From the IMG/VR virus record IMGVR_UViG_3300031851_000007, positions 58,279 to 78,278 of that record: DNA of 20,000 nucleotides, one strand, 5' to 3'. The translations under genes and the position numbers were made by a program. The notes under the pieces were generated by a model. It did no database searches. It saw nothing but the letters and a program-made list of their open reading frames with translations, and was not told the origin of the DNA. Source of the DNA: an uncultured virus (IMG/VR IMGVR_UViG_3300031851_000007) (taxonomy: Duplodnaviria > Heunggongvirae > Uroviricota > Caudoviricetes). Positions 9,395-19,073 of the stretch are shown piece by piece; the first letter of the stretch is position 1, and each line of letters starts with the position of its first letter.

Positions 9395-12300
9395 TTATCC
9401 TAAGTATAAAACTGTTTCTACTGCTAAGAAACCTGCGTCAATTGTTGTAATAGCACCTGTTTGTCCAGCAACTGAACCCCATTGCAATCCGTCGTATGCT
9501 TCAACTCGTCCATCTGACGTATTAAATCTTAACATACCAACTTCTGTGAAAGCTGGGGCCGGTCTATTAAGGTTTGTACCTACCGGAATAACAACACCGT
9601 TGGTGCCATCAATTTTTACGTACCCGTTACCTGTGCTAACAAATTGTGTTATACTATCAGTAACTGTATTAGTAATTTTGTTATCATCAAATGCAAAATT
9701 CTCTAATAATACGCTGCCTGTTCCTTGTGCCTTTAGTTCTAAATCTGTATCTGTTGTAACTGTAGTTATCACATTAGTGTCGATTTCGATGTCATCTACG
9801 GTTAATCTTGGAACTGCTAATCTTGTTCCATTAAGGTCTGCTACAGTAGTGCCTGCAATATCAAATCTTATAATATTGTCATTTGCACCTTGTGTTTGTT
9901 CAGCTCTAATTTGTGTATCACCATCAAGATCAATAACACCATTTAGTTGTATCCAGTCACTTCCATCGTAACCTTCAAATCTGTTCAACTGTGTATTAAA
10001 TCTTACAATGCCTGGTTCAACTGCTGGTCTTTCTGCTGTAGTACCTGTTGGAAGTTTTATAGCACCAGTAGTTTGTATTTTTACATATCCGCTTGCTGCT
10101 GCTAAATTTATATCTGATGTACTTGAAACTGTAATGTCGTCTACAGTCAAGTTATCAATTACTATACTACCTGTACCACTTGATCTTAATTCTAAGTTAG
10201 CGTTTGTTGCTGTAGTAGTAATATAATTTTGTGTGATTCTTATATCGTCTATTTCTGCTTGATTAGCCCAAATATTTTTCCAAATTCTACTAGGAGTACC
10301 TAAGCTATATGTACTGTTTTGTGCAGGAACAATATCACTGTTTATGCCAGCTATAAATTCTATTGCGTCAGATGCTTCATCACCAATTGTAATGTCGCCG
10401 CCAATTGTAACATTACCAGTAACATCTAAGTTTCCTGTAATATTAACATTATTGTTTAAATTAATTTGATCACTTGCAGCAGTTACGTTAACGTCTCCTG
10501 AAAGGCTTTCTAATGTATTACCACTAAGTCTTAAATTACCTGTGTCAATTCTATTGCCGTCAACAAATGTAGTGTTGCCGCCATCTGTGAAAGTAAGTCC
10601 TTGTCCAGCAGATACATTAAAGTTAGAACTTGTAAATGTTATTACGCCAGTTTCTTGGTTAACGTAGAACAAGTCGCCTACTCTAAAGTCGCCTTTATGG
10701 TCAACTGAGTTGTATCTTACTTTTGCATTGTTTAATTCAACTACTTCGTTTGCTTGTATAACTGTTGTTGCATCGTTAGTAACTTCTTTGCCGTTACCAA
10801 TGTATGCTAAGTTTTGTCCAATTGCATATACAATAACCCCTGGACCGTCGCCCCAAATACCATAGTTACCATATACACTTGCACTACCAATCATTCTAAC
10901 TTCTGCGCCGAAATCTGTGTAATCTGCAAGTGTAATTCTAGTTGCTGTTGCACCGCCACTAAATCTAATATCTTGTGCGTAAATTACTTCATCTTCAAAA
11001 GTTGTAGACTCATCAACTCCGTTAAATCTAAGTAATAATACTGTAGTAGGAGTTGCATATAAATTTACTGTAGGTGCAGTAAAGTTTGCAGTATATATTG
11101 CTGTACCTTTTATAACTCTAACATCATCAAAATGACCTGTTGTTGCATCAGATGCATCATGTGCTGCACCAATTGTTAATGGTTTAGCAGTTCCGTAATC
11201 ATTATTATCAGTGTAAGTTGTACCTACTTGTGTTCCGTCTACAAATAATTTTGTATCAGTGCCGTTACGTGTTAAAGCAATATGATGCCATGTTGTTGCT
11301 GATATTGCGCCTGCTGCTGTAATCTTATTTGCATTGTCAGTAAAGTAATAAAGAGATCCATTACTTGTTTTAAGCATTGGAGCAACGTCACTATCAAGTG
11401 CTGCTCTTAAATCTATTAATACATTGTTGGTTGCAGGTGTTGAAGGAAGGTAAATCCAAGTTTCAATTGTAAAGTCGCCAGTTCCAAAACCAAAATCATT
11501 TTGTGGCTGTATACTTGCATAATCACCAGTGCCGTCAACTTGTAAACTTGCTGTACCAAACTTTTTGATAGATGTGTCAAGTTGTGCGTCACCGTTTGCG
11601 GTAACTTGTTTTCCTGGGCGTTCTTCAGCTGTTTCAAATCCTGTAACTTTTCCACTTACATAAAATTTGTTATCTGCATCAACACTTTCGACTGTGCTTG
11701 TTGCTAATACTGTTACTCCGTCTGTATCATAATATGTTACAGTTTCGCCTTGTGTAATTGTTCCTGTTAAATCACTAACACGAAGTGCTGTTTTGCCAAC
11801 ACTTGCTTTTCCGTCTGTGCCATCAACACAGTATACGCCTCTATTAGCAAAATATGTAAAGCAGTTTAGCCATTCTATTCTAACACCATTTGTAAATGTA
11901 ACAGCATCAACTCCAGGAGTAATAAATGTTACAGCGTGAAATAAACATGCTGCTTCTTTACTTGCAGGCGTTGCTAAACTTCCGTCTAAGTATGCACCTT
12001 TACCTGCATCACCTGTATTAAATCCTCTTGGATCTTCCGCTGTAGTTGTTGTACCTGTTGTAATAACACTTACGTTTCTTATGTAAGGTGATCTGCTGTT
12101 TACTTGGAATGTTGAATTAAACTTAAATGCGTAACCTGTGTTGTTGCCGGCATCAAAATTAAATCCTGTAATTGTTAATTCTTCAACTGTAGTTTCACCA
12201 TTTAGAATAAACGCATCATTAGTTACTGTACCAGCAGTTGGTTGTATTGTAACACTTCTCAAACTATGTCCGTGTACATTTACACCTGTAGGTATTGTAA

Positions 12301-13126
12301 GTGGAAACACTTCTGTATAAACACCAGGCATAATATAAACAGTATCACCTGCTGTTGCTGTTGTTAATGCTTGTGCTACACTAGCATATGGTGCTTGTGG
12401 ATGATCACCTGAACTAGCATCATCACCATTTTCTGCAACAAAGATTGTATTGCCTGGGCGTAGATTTAAATCTATGCCGTCAACTATTAATCCAGTTGTA
12501 TCAATTGTTCCTGCAAAGAAATTTTGCACATAGACATCACCCCATTGCTTACCTCCTAGATCAGGATCACTACCTAAGCTGTATGTGTTATCTATGTCTG
12601 GTATAATATTACTGTTTACTTCAGCATTAAATGTAATGAAGTCTGTATCAGCATCACCAATAGTAATTTCGCCGTCTGCTGTAATATTTCCTGTTGCAAA
12701 TATGTTACCTGTTACGTTCATGTCAGAATGTACTTCGACACTACCAGTTCCGTTTGGTCTAAATTCTATATTTGCATTTGTATTGTCTGTACTAATAACA
12801 TTATTTTCTAAATTAATGTCATCAATTTCTAATCTGTTTTGATATACTACATTGTCGCCTGTACCGATTGTAAGTGTGCTATTTGTAGTAGATATTGTAT
12901 CACCAGAGAATTGAACGCCGCTTATATCGGCGAATGTTGTTGCTTCAACAGTGGGGGTGCGTACTATACCATTAACATCTAAATCGAATTGAGGATTTGT
13001 TTTGTTAATACCGATGCGGTTGTTATTCACATCTAGATAAAGTAAGTCAGTCTCAAAAGCTAAGTCTACTCCTTCACGAAGTAAGTTTTGCTTCAAGAGC
13101 GGACCGGATATGCGACCAACAGCCAT
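9395..13126 (-). CDS. Tail-fibre-like structural protein, 1243 aa, with a beta-helix region and an inserted LamG/concanavalin-A-like lectin domain
   Basis: ORF track. SD GAGGAG. LamG-type motifs: FGTGDFTIETWIY, WHHIALTR, LFVDG, LTIG, GHFDDVRV. Two PxGTxxxRP...RFNT...E(G/A)YDGxxW units. Confidence 0.85.
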   Translation of the reverse strand: MAVGRISGPLLKQNLLREGVDLAFETDLLYLDVNNNRIGINKTNPQFDLDVNGIVRTPTVEATTFADISGVQFSGDTISTTNSTLTIGTGDNVVYQNRLEIDDINLENNVISTDNTNANIEFRPNGTGSVEVHSDMNVTGNIFATGNITADGEITIGDADTDFITFNAEVNSNIIPDIDNTYSLGSDPDLGGKQWGDVYVQNFFAGTIDTTGLIVDGIDLNLRPGNTIFVAENGDDASSGDHPQAPYASVAQALTTATAGDTVYIMPGVYTEVFPLTIPTGVNVHGHSLRSVTIQPTAGTVTNDAFILNGETTVEELTITGFNFDAGNNTGYAFKFNSTFQVNSRSPYIRNVSVITTGTTTTAEDPRGFNTGDAGKGAYLDGSLATPASKEAACLFHAVTFITPGVDAVTFTNGVRIEWLNCFTYFANRGVYCVDGTDGKASVGKTALRVSDLTGTITQGETVTYYDTDGVTVLATSTVESVDADNKFYVSGKVTGFETAEERPGKQVTANGDAQLDTSIKKFGTASLQVDGTGDYASIQPQNDFGFGTGDFTIETWIYLPSTPATNNVLIDLRAALDSDVAPMLKTSNGSLYYFTDNANKITAAGAISATTWHHIALTRNGTDTKLFVDGTQVGTTYTDNNDYGTAKPLTIGAAHDASDATTGHFDDVRVIKGTAIYTANFTAPTVNLYATPTTVLLLRFNGVDESTTFEDEVIYAQDIRFSGGATATRITLADYTDFGAEVRMIGSASVYGNYGIWGDGPGVIVYAIGQNLAYIGNGKEVTNDATTVIQANEVVELNNAKVRYNSVDHKGDFRVGDLFYVNQETGVITFTSSNFNVSAGQGLTFTDGGNTTFVDGNRIDTGNLRLSGNTLESLSGDVNVTAASDQINLNNNVNITGNLDVTGNVTIGGDITIGDEASDAIEFIAGINSDIVPAQNSTYSLGTPSRIWKNIWANQAEIDDIRITQNYITTTATNANLELRSSGTGSIVIDNLTVDDITVSSTSDINLAAASGYVKIQTTGAIKLPTGTTAERPAVEPGIVRFNTQLNRFEGYDGSDWIQLNGVIDLDGDTQIRAEQTQGANDNIIRFDIAGTTVADLNGTRLAVPRLTVDDIEIDTNVITTVTTDTDLELKAQGTGSVLLENFAFDDNKITNTVTDSITQFVSTGNGYVKIDGTNGVVIPVGTNLNRPAPAFTEVGMLRFNTSDGRVEAYDGLQWGSVAGQTGAITTIDAGFLAVETVLYLG

Positions 13127-13129
13127 CTT

Positions 13130-13236
13130 TTCTCCTCAATACGGGGATCCTGTCCCTCTAGCCTAATTCTCACCCTTACGGTTCTTTGCTGGCTAACCAC
13201 AGTTTGTCCCTGCAAGTATTGGTCATACGTTGCATT
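13130..13236 (-). ncRNA. Candidate structured cis-regulatory 5' leader RNA of the 1243-aa gene
   Basis: Relatively GC-rich untranslated stretch between a GATAAATA box and the SD. Nested helices GGGA/UCCC, CUGU/ACAG and UAGCC/GGCUA, a CC-GUAA-GG tetraloop, and a 5' hairpin UGCAA-c-GUAU...AUAC-UUGCA. Confidence 0.55.
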
Positions 13237-13241
13237 AATAA

Positions 13242-13249
13242 TATTTATC
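13242..13249 (-). promoter_or_regulatory. Putative late promoter box GATAAATA
   Basis: Intergenic copy of the recurring motif, directly after a terminator-like hairpin. Confidence 0.7.
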
Positions 13250-13277
13250 AAAAATAAAGAAAAGGGCTACGTTAGCC
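13250..13277 (-). terminator. Possible weak intrinsic terminator overlapping the stop codon of the 1273-aa gene
   Basis: Minus strand reads GGCTA-ACG-TAGCC-CTTTTCTTTATTTTT. The stem is only 5 bp. Confidence 0.45.
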
Positions 13278-16200
13278 TAGGATTAACGTCCATTCGTTAC
13301 TAAGATCTTCCATAACTTCATTAGTTACAGGATCTTCTTCTTGACCAGTACCTGGTATCCATATTGTACCATTGTATACTTCTTGTTGCTTAGAACCTAT
13401 ATTAAATCTTATTGCACCAATTTCAGGACTAACACTTTCATCAGTAGAATATCTAAGTGATAAATCAGTAACCCCAAAATTATCGCCATCATCTAATGAT
13501 GTAACGTTTTCAAACAATCTAAATTTAACTTGTGATATATCTGTACTTACTTCATCTCTTGTCGCATCAATATTAAATCGTAGTTGCCACCAGTCTCCAA
13601 TACCTACAGTATCAAAACTAATATCGCTAGACGGATTTACACTAACTTCAAATCCTGTTTGAAAATCTACTTCATTAAGCAAACTAGTTATATCAATATT
13701 TGTTCCGTTGGTGCTTGGCAAAAATACTGCACTGTCACCTGCATCTTCTGTTTCGCCTATTCTATATGTTACACCGTTAATTGTTACATCAACATATTCT
13801 GTATTATCACCAAAGTCACCTCTAAACTCAATTGAAGTAATAGTTGCATTATCAGGTTCAAATCCTAACAAGTCTTCAATATTTAATCTAAAGGTTTGAT
13901 TGCTTGCATTTGACGAACTTCCAATTTCAGATGTTGTTATAGATCCATTTGCAGCAGGAATAGCAAGTCCAAATACGTCTAATGGTACTCTAACTTCAAA
14001 GTCAGACCAATCAGCTTGTTCTGCTGCTGTTGCTCCTGATGCAATAGTTCCTATAGTTTGCCAATTTGTGTTATCATCTGACCATTGGAACAACAATGTT
14101 TCTAAATTTTCTGGACGCTGTCTACCATTTGATCCTGTGCCAACAATAACTTTACCTTCCAAAGAAGCTCCGCTAAAGTTAGTAAGATCAAGTTCGCTTG
14201 TTTCTATGCTAGTATTAGATGTACTTGTAAATAGATAGTGTGTGTTAGTTGCAAACCCTCCATTATCACCTACTCCGGTTCCTGCAGATTGTATACTTAC
14301 ACCACCAGCTGTTGTTGCAAAAATATTAGATCCAGTAACAGTATTTGTAGCAATACTTACTGCTGATATATCATCTATTGAAACTTGACCACTTGTACTA
14401 AGGAACGTACCTGTAGTACCTACAAACTTTATAAATCCGTTATCTGTAGTACCTAATATCATTGCCCCAGCAGGATTATTATTTGTAATTATATTATCTC
14501 TAATATATTCTTGATCATTTAATCGTATAGTTTCGTTTGTTGTTCTGCGTAGTTCTAAATTTGCATTAGTTTCGTTAGTAGTAATTACGTTATCGTTAAT
14601 TAATATTCCGTCACTTTGTAATCCGTTTATTTCTAAACCCATTGCATTAACTTCGCCAACTTCTATATTATTAACATAGAAGTTTAAAGTATTATTTGTT
14701 TTGTGTGCAACTACTTTTGTTCTTTGATCATCTGAGTATACGCCTCTAAATGTAATCCTACCATCGCCGTATCCTTCAAACAATCCTGTTTGTGTGTTAA
14801 ATCTTAATGCAGACTGATTACTAATTTGTTGAGCTGTTGTACCATTAGATAGTACAAATTTTTCACTTTGTATATCAAGGAAATCAGTTGTGATATTTAA
14901 ATTTAGATCTCCGGCATACGTACTAATAACATTATCTCTAAATGTAACGTTTTCCAACGATACAACTCCTGACCCGCCGTTGCTAAGAAGTTCTAAATTT
15001 GCATTAGTATCTTTAGTAGTTATTTGGTTATCAAAAATTTGTATACCATCTAATTCTGCTTTACTTAGGTATGCAACATTCCATCTGTAACTAGAAGATC
15101 CTAATATATGTTCTTGTGTGTTATCAGGATTAAGATTTTGATCAATGTCTACATTAAATGTAACTGTGTCTTGAAACTGATTACCAAAAGTTATTAATGT
15201 CCCATCAATAGTAAAGTCGCCTGTCATTGACAAGTCTTTTTTCATACTTACATTATTTTGTAAATTAGTTGTTGAAGTTGCCGCAGTAACATTTACATCG
15301 CCTGATAAAGAAAATAATGTGTTACCAGCAAGTCTTAAATTGCCAGTATCTACAGCTTCTGAACTTAATAATGTTCTACTATTGGTTCCTTGTATAGCAA
15401 GGCTATTTAATCCATCAAAATTCACATTTGAAGTGTCAATATTTGTAATACCTTTGTCTAAATCTACAAAGAAATCATCACCAACATTAAATTTACCTAC
15501 TTGATCTGTAGCACTATAGAATATCTTACCAGTATTAAGCTGTAATGCTACTTGAGACGAATCAACAAGTGTAGCATCATTTGTAATATCTTTACCAACA
15601 CCGATGTATGCAAAGTTATGATTAATAAGATACATTATTGTACCATCACCGTCTGCTTCAGCACCAATGCCGCCGTATACGTTTGCAGAACCAATTGCTC
15701 TTACTTCTGCTCCGTATTCAACTGTGCTACCATCTGTACTAGTTCTACCTGTTGAACCTCTAACTGCTCGTAATCCTTTTGCTGCAAAGTAAGTAAATGA
15801 GTTTAACCATTCGACTCTACAACCGTTTGTCATTGTTACAGCATCGACTCCTGGAGTAATAAATGTTGCAGCATGAAACAATAATGCAGCATTTATACTT
15901 GCATTATCTAATTCAGCACCATCAATGTATGCACCGCGTCCTGCATCGCCTTGATCGTAACCTCTTGGATCACTAACTGACGTAACACTACCTGCTGTAA
16001 TTACTGTACAATTCCTAACATACGGAGATCTAGTAGTGACTGCGCCGCCGTTTCTAAATCTGAAGGCATGTCCGGTGTTATTTCCGCTATTATAAAAGAA
16101 ATCTTTGATAGTTAAATTTTCTACCCCTGTACTATCGTCAAGTAAGAATACATCTTTATCAGTGTATCCTGCTGCTGGCGATATTATACAATTTCTTAAG

Positions 16201-17093
16201 TCAGCGCCTGCAACTGTAGTATTAGGAGGAATTATTAATGGTAATTGCTCTTGGTATTCTCCAGGTGTTATTTTTATATTAACCGGTCCGCCTGCACTTG
16301 AGTCTGCTGCTTGTAATGCACGAGTTAATGTTCTAAATGGACCTTGAGGATGATCACCTACATTAGTATCGTCGCCGTTTATTGAAACATAAAATATATT
16401 TCCTGGACGTAATTCACTGTTTACAATATTTGTTGATATTGATCCTGCTCGGATTGCATCGCCATTAAGTAAATTAATATGAGCAGATCCCCAACGTTTA
16501 GTTGGACTTCCTAAATTATATGTACTAGAAGCATCAGGTATAAGATCACTGTTTACGTCAACGTCAAATGCAACTGTGTCTTCAGCAAGATTATCACCAA
16601 ATATTAAGCTACCTGCATGTGAAATGTTTCCTGTTGCATTTAGTGATCCAAATACATTAACATCATTGAATACATTTACTGTACCGCCAGTACCAGGTTG
16701 TAAATTAATATTACTATCAGTAAGTCTACTTCTAATTTCTTGATTATCTATTATTAGATCAGCAACAGCAATACTACTACTAACAATTTTTGTTGCAGCA
16801 CCAATGTATGTAGTTGGGCCTATATTATTTGTAATGTTGCCGTCGATAGTAAAGTTAGGCAAATACATTGTATCTGCATCAAGATGTGTAGTACGAATTT
16901 TAACAGGAGCTTCTAACGGACGAGATGGATTTTCCATATTTACACCAATCCTACTTGTTAGTGGATCTATGTGTAATACTGCTGTGCTTGCGCCAGAATT
17001 CTTAAAATTTAGAAAATCTTTTCCTGCATTATTTTCATTAATTTCAATGTTGGCTCTTAGAACGCCGCCACTTATTCTACCAGACTGTGACAT
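13272..17093 (-). CDS. Tail-fibre-like structural protein, 1273 aa, paralog of 9395..13126 with a different inserted domain near the C-terminus
   Basis: ORF track. Shared blocks with the paralog: GRISG, LRPGNxxxVxxNGDD...GDHPQxP, RSPYxRNxxVIT, FHAxTFITPGVDAVTxTNGxRxEWLNxFTYFA, GAEVRxIGSAxVYG and C-terminal xLxLG. Confidence 0.85.
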   Translation of the reverse strand: MSQSGRISGGVLRANIEINENNAGKDFLNFKNSGASTAVLHIDPLTSRIGVNMENPSRPLEAPVKIRTTHLDADTMYLPNFTIDGNITNNIGPTTYIGAATKIVSSSIAVADLIIDNQEIRSRLTDSNINLQPGTGGTVNVFNDVNVFGSLNATGNISHAGSLIFGDNLAEDTVAFDVDVNSDLIPDASSTYNLGSPTKRWGSAHINLLNGDAIRAGSISTNIVNSELRPGNIFYVSINGDDTNVGDHPQGPFRTLTRALQAADSSAGGPVNIKITPGEYQEQLPLIIPPNTTVAGADLRNCIISPAAGYTDKDVFLLDDSTGVENLTIKDFFYNSGNNTGHAFRFRNGGAVTTRSPYVRNCTVITAGSVTSVSDPRGYDQGDAGRGAYIDGAELDNASINAALLFHAATFITPGVDAVTMTNGCRVEWLNSFTYFAAKGLRAVRGSTGRTSTDGSTVEYGAEVRAIGSANVYGGIGAEADGDGTIMYLINHNFAYIGVGKDITNDATLVDSSQVALQLNTGKIFYSATDQVGKFNVGDDFFVDLDKGITNIDTSNVNFDGLNSLAIQGTNSRTLLSSEAVDTGNLRLAGNTLFSLSGDVNVTAATSTTNLQNNVSMKKDLSMTGDFTIDGTLITFGNQFQDTVTFNVDIDQNLNPDNTQEHILGSSSYRWNVAYLSKAELDGIQIFDNQITTKDTNANLELLSNGGSGVVSLENVTFRDNVISTYAGDLNLNITTDFLDIQSEKFVLSNGTTAQQISNQSALRFNTQTGLFEGYGDGRITFRGVYSDDQRTKVVAHKTNNTLNFYVNNIEVGEVNAMGLEINGLQSDGILINDNVITTNETNANLELRRTTNETIRLNDQEYIRDNIITNNNPAGAMILGTTDNGFIKFVGTTGTFLSTSGQVSIDDISAVSIATNTVTGSNIFATTAGGVSIQSAGTGVGDNGGFATNTHYLFTSTSNTSIETSELDLTNFSGASLEGKVIVGTGSNGRQRPENLETLLFQWSDDNTNWQTIGTIASGATAAEQADWSDFEVRVPLDVFGLAIPAANGSITTSEIGSSSNASNQTFRLNIEDLLGFEPDNATITSIEFRGDFGDNTEYVDVTINGVTYRIGETEDAGDSAVFLPSTNGTNIDITSLLNEVDFQTGFEVSVNPSSDISFDTVGIGDWWQLRFNIDATRDEVSTDISQVKFRLFENVTSLDDGDNFGVTDLSLRYSTDESVSPEIGAIRFNIGSKQQEVYNGTIWIPGTGQEEDPVTNEVMEDLSNEWTLILG

Positions 17094-17111
17094 ATTAACT
17101 CCTATACAATG

Positions 17112-17119
17112 TATTTATA
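17112..17119 (-). promoter_or_regulatory. T4-type late promoter box TATAAATA (exact consensus)
   Basis: Lies in the 30-nt gap between the stop at 17124 and the ATG at 17093, followed by an AGGAG SD. Confidence 0.75.
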
Positions 17120-17123
17120 GGTT

Positions 17124-17633
17124 TTACTTGTCAAAGTTATGTAGTACAGTAACTGGTTTTCCGAATGGAACTGCTGTGCTAAACCTAATATACCATCCTG
17201 GTGTTTTTCCTGCTGGATTTTGAACCAGTATATAGTTTGTTGTTGAAATTTGGAATACGTTTTCAACAAATACTAAGACATTTTGTGCAGCAGCTGGCAC
17301 AGGAAAGTCTGCATCAGCACTGTTTAATGGTCCAAAGTCTGTTTCAACTTCGTCGCCGACACCTAATGACTGCTGTACAATACCAGGATCTTGATTAGGT
17401 TCTTTAAACTTAATATTTCTCCAAGCACCGTTTTGATATGCTTCTAATTGACTTGTATTTGTATTATATCTAACAAATCCATTTTCAGGATAAAAAGGTC
17501 TATCTCTTTCAGGTCCTTTAGGCACAAGCATACCAGTCTTTGAATCCATAATAACTTGGTCATTTATATCGTACCTAACGCCTTTGCCTCGGATACTTCT
17601 TAAATTTGTGCTTTGTGCTTTAATTAATCTCAT
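17124..17633 (-). CDS. Phage structural protein, 169 aa
   Basis: ORF track. Carries the PKGPERDRP...GFVRYNT...LEAYQNGAW unit shared with the fibre-like paralogs, and VLVFVENVFQ...Y...F...P of a small beta-sandwich type. Confidence 0.8.
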   Translation of the reverse strand: MRLIKAQSTNLRSIRGKGVRYDINDQVIMDSKTGMLVPKGPERDRPFYPENGFVRYNTNTSQLEAYQNGAWRNIKFKEPNQDPGIVQQSLGVGDEVETDFGPLNSADADFPVPAAAQNVLVFVENVFQISTTNYILVQNPAGKTPGWYIRFSTAVPFGKPVTVLHNFDK

Positions 17634-17634
17634 T

Positions 17635-18012
17635 TTATACCTCTAAGTAACTTACCGTTGCACTTAGATTAGTGGGCGATTCACCTACTATAACTACTTT
17701 ATCACCTGATTCTAGAATTATTTTTTCTGAATCAAAAGTAAATGTTTCACCTGCAGGTAATTGTAAAGCATTTATAATCTTATTTGTGTCACTCTTTGGT
17801 TCATCTCTTTTAACAAGATGCAAATCAAAATTTGTTATACCATCTTCTTCATGAACTGGATTAGGTACCCAAGTATTACAAACCATAATAGTTGTAATTG
17901 CATACCTTATTGTAGGTTCAGGTGATGTTGCAGGATCCCATCCTGCAACCGGATCTGGTACAAGTATTAAATCTGTATCTGTATTTGCTACTGCTACACT
18001 GCTAATTGCCAT
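17635..18012 (-). CDS. Small beta-rich protein, 125 aa (paralog of 9061..9390)
   Basis: ORF track. AAGGA SD upstream. Same C-terminal pattern as the 109-aa protein. Confidence 0.8.
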   Translation of the reverse strand: MAISSVAVANTDTDLILVPDPVAGWDPATSPEPTIRYAITTIMVCNTWVPNPVHEEDGITNFDLHLVKRDEPKSDTNKIINALQLPAGETFTFDSEKIILESGDKVVIVGESPTNLSATVSYLEV

Positions 18013-18022
18013 CTTTTATCCT

Positions 18023-19024
18023 TTAAAATATCATACTATAAACTATTGATCTATTCTTACTTATTAATTCGTCTCTAGTTAGATCCTGATGTTTGAAGAA
18101 AACTCCGCTACCGCCAAATTCTCTTTCTTTTACATATAGTCTAATACCATTACTCGGAAAGCTAGGTTCATATTGTACACCTGCTTGTAATAAGTTTTGA
18201 TCTGGATCGTCAATACTAGGTGTTGACGATATCTCTAGTACGTCTTGTACTCGTACTACGCCTGATCCTGGTGTAGAAAGTACTAAGTCTTCATTAGAGT
18301 TAACTGTTTCTAGTTTTGTTCCTTCGATTCTTAAATCGTTTAATTCTATTCTGTTGCGGTAGAACTCTGCTACAACAACATCGTCTAGTCCAATCTTTAC
18401 AACACTTGGAAGTGTTGTGTCTTCGTTATCTTCAACTTCGACAAACGAAGGAAGTACAGACCCTTCACCAATTCTTGCTTGGAATACTGTAGCAAACGCA
18501 TTAATAATTTCATCATCTACATATTTCTTATTAGGAAGGTGGTCATCGTCAGTAACATTATTTTCATAGTTGTTTGTACCTGATACACTAACAACACCAG
18601 TACTTGAATTAATTAAGTATAAGTCGCCGCCGCCTGTTGATATACTATTACATCGTAAGCCAACTGCTCCGCCGTTTACATCTTTGAAAACAAACGCACC
18701 TTCTCTTAAACTATCTGTTACTGGATCAGTCCATGTTAAGTCTTCGTCAAACACCATAAATGCATCAACTAAACTACCTCGATCAATTCTTAATCCTGCT
18801 TCATTTAATGTAACACCTACACCTGCTTCTCCGTCATTAATAACAATTATGTTATCTCTAACACTCATGTTCTCAGACTGTACAGTTGTTGTGTCGCCTT
18901 CAACTACAAGATCTCCAGTGATACGAACTTGGCCTGTTTGAAAGCCTGTATCTAATACAATAGATCCTTGATCTTGTACTTGTATTTTGTAATCACCGTT
19001 TGGTACTTTAAGAAATCTTGACAT
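18023..19024 (-). CDS. Fibre-shaft-like structural protein, 333 aa
   Basis: ORF track. Contains ITGDLVVEGDTTTVQS...DNIIVIN...AGLRIDRG and NKKYVD, motifs typical of phage fibre shafts, and NEDLVLSTPGSGVV, matching the NxNLELxxxGxGxV repeats of the large paralogs. Confidence 0.75.
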   Translation of the reverse strand: MSRFLKVPNGDYKIQVQDQGSIVLDTGFQTGQVRITGDLVVEGDTTTVQSENMSVRDNIIVINDGEAGVGVTLNEAGLRIDRGSLVDAFMVFDEDLTWTDPVTDSLREGAFVFKDVNGGAVGLRCNSISTGGGDLYLINSSTGVVSVSGTNNYENNVTDDDHLPNKKYVDDEIINAFATVFQARIGEGSVLPSFVEVEDNEDTTLPSVVKIGLDDVVVAEFYRNRIELNDLRIEGTKLETVNSNEDLVLSTPGSGVVRVQDVLEISSTPSIDDPDQNLLQAGVQYEPSFPSNGIRLYVKEREFGGSGVFFKHQDLTRDELISKNRSIVYSMIF

Positions 19025-19042
19025 TATGTAATCCTAGCTAAG

Positions 19043-19067
19043 TGTAGGGGGAATAAATCCCCCTACA
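19043..19067. terminator. Perfect 10-bp inverted repeat hairpin between the 146-aa and 333-aa genes
   Basis: TGTAGGGGGA-ATAAA-TCCCCCTACA. A T-rich tail (TTATTTTT) follows only on the + strand, not on the coding strand. Confidence 0.6.
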
Positions 19068-19073
19068 TTATTT

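Noticed and set aside
13130..13236. Assignment of the leader to a known riboswitch (c-di-GMP-I, c-di-AMP, glycine)
   Set aside because: The resemblance is superficial (GCAAA, GGGA); the order and spacing of conserved elements do not match as far as I can judge by eye. An Rfam search is needed.
816..17093. Diversity-generating retroelement or invertible fibre cassette
   Set aside because: No reverse transcriptase or recombinase lies in the window, and no near-identical ~100-nt template/variable repeat pair was noticed. Paralog similarity is at the diverged protein level.
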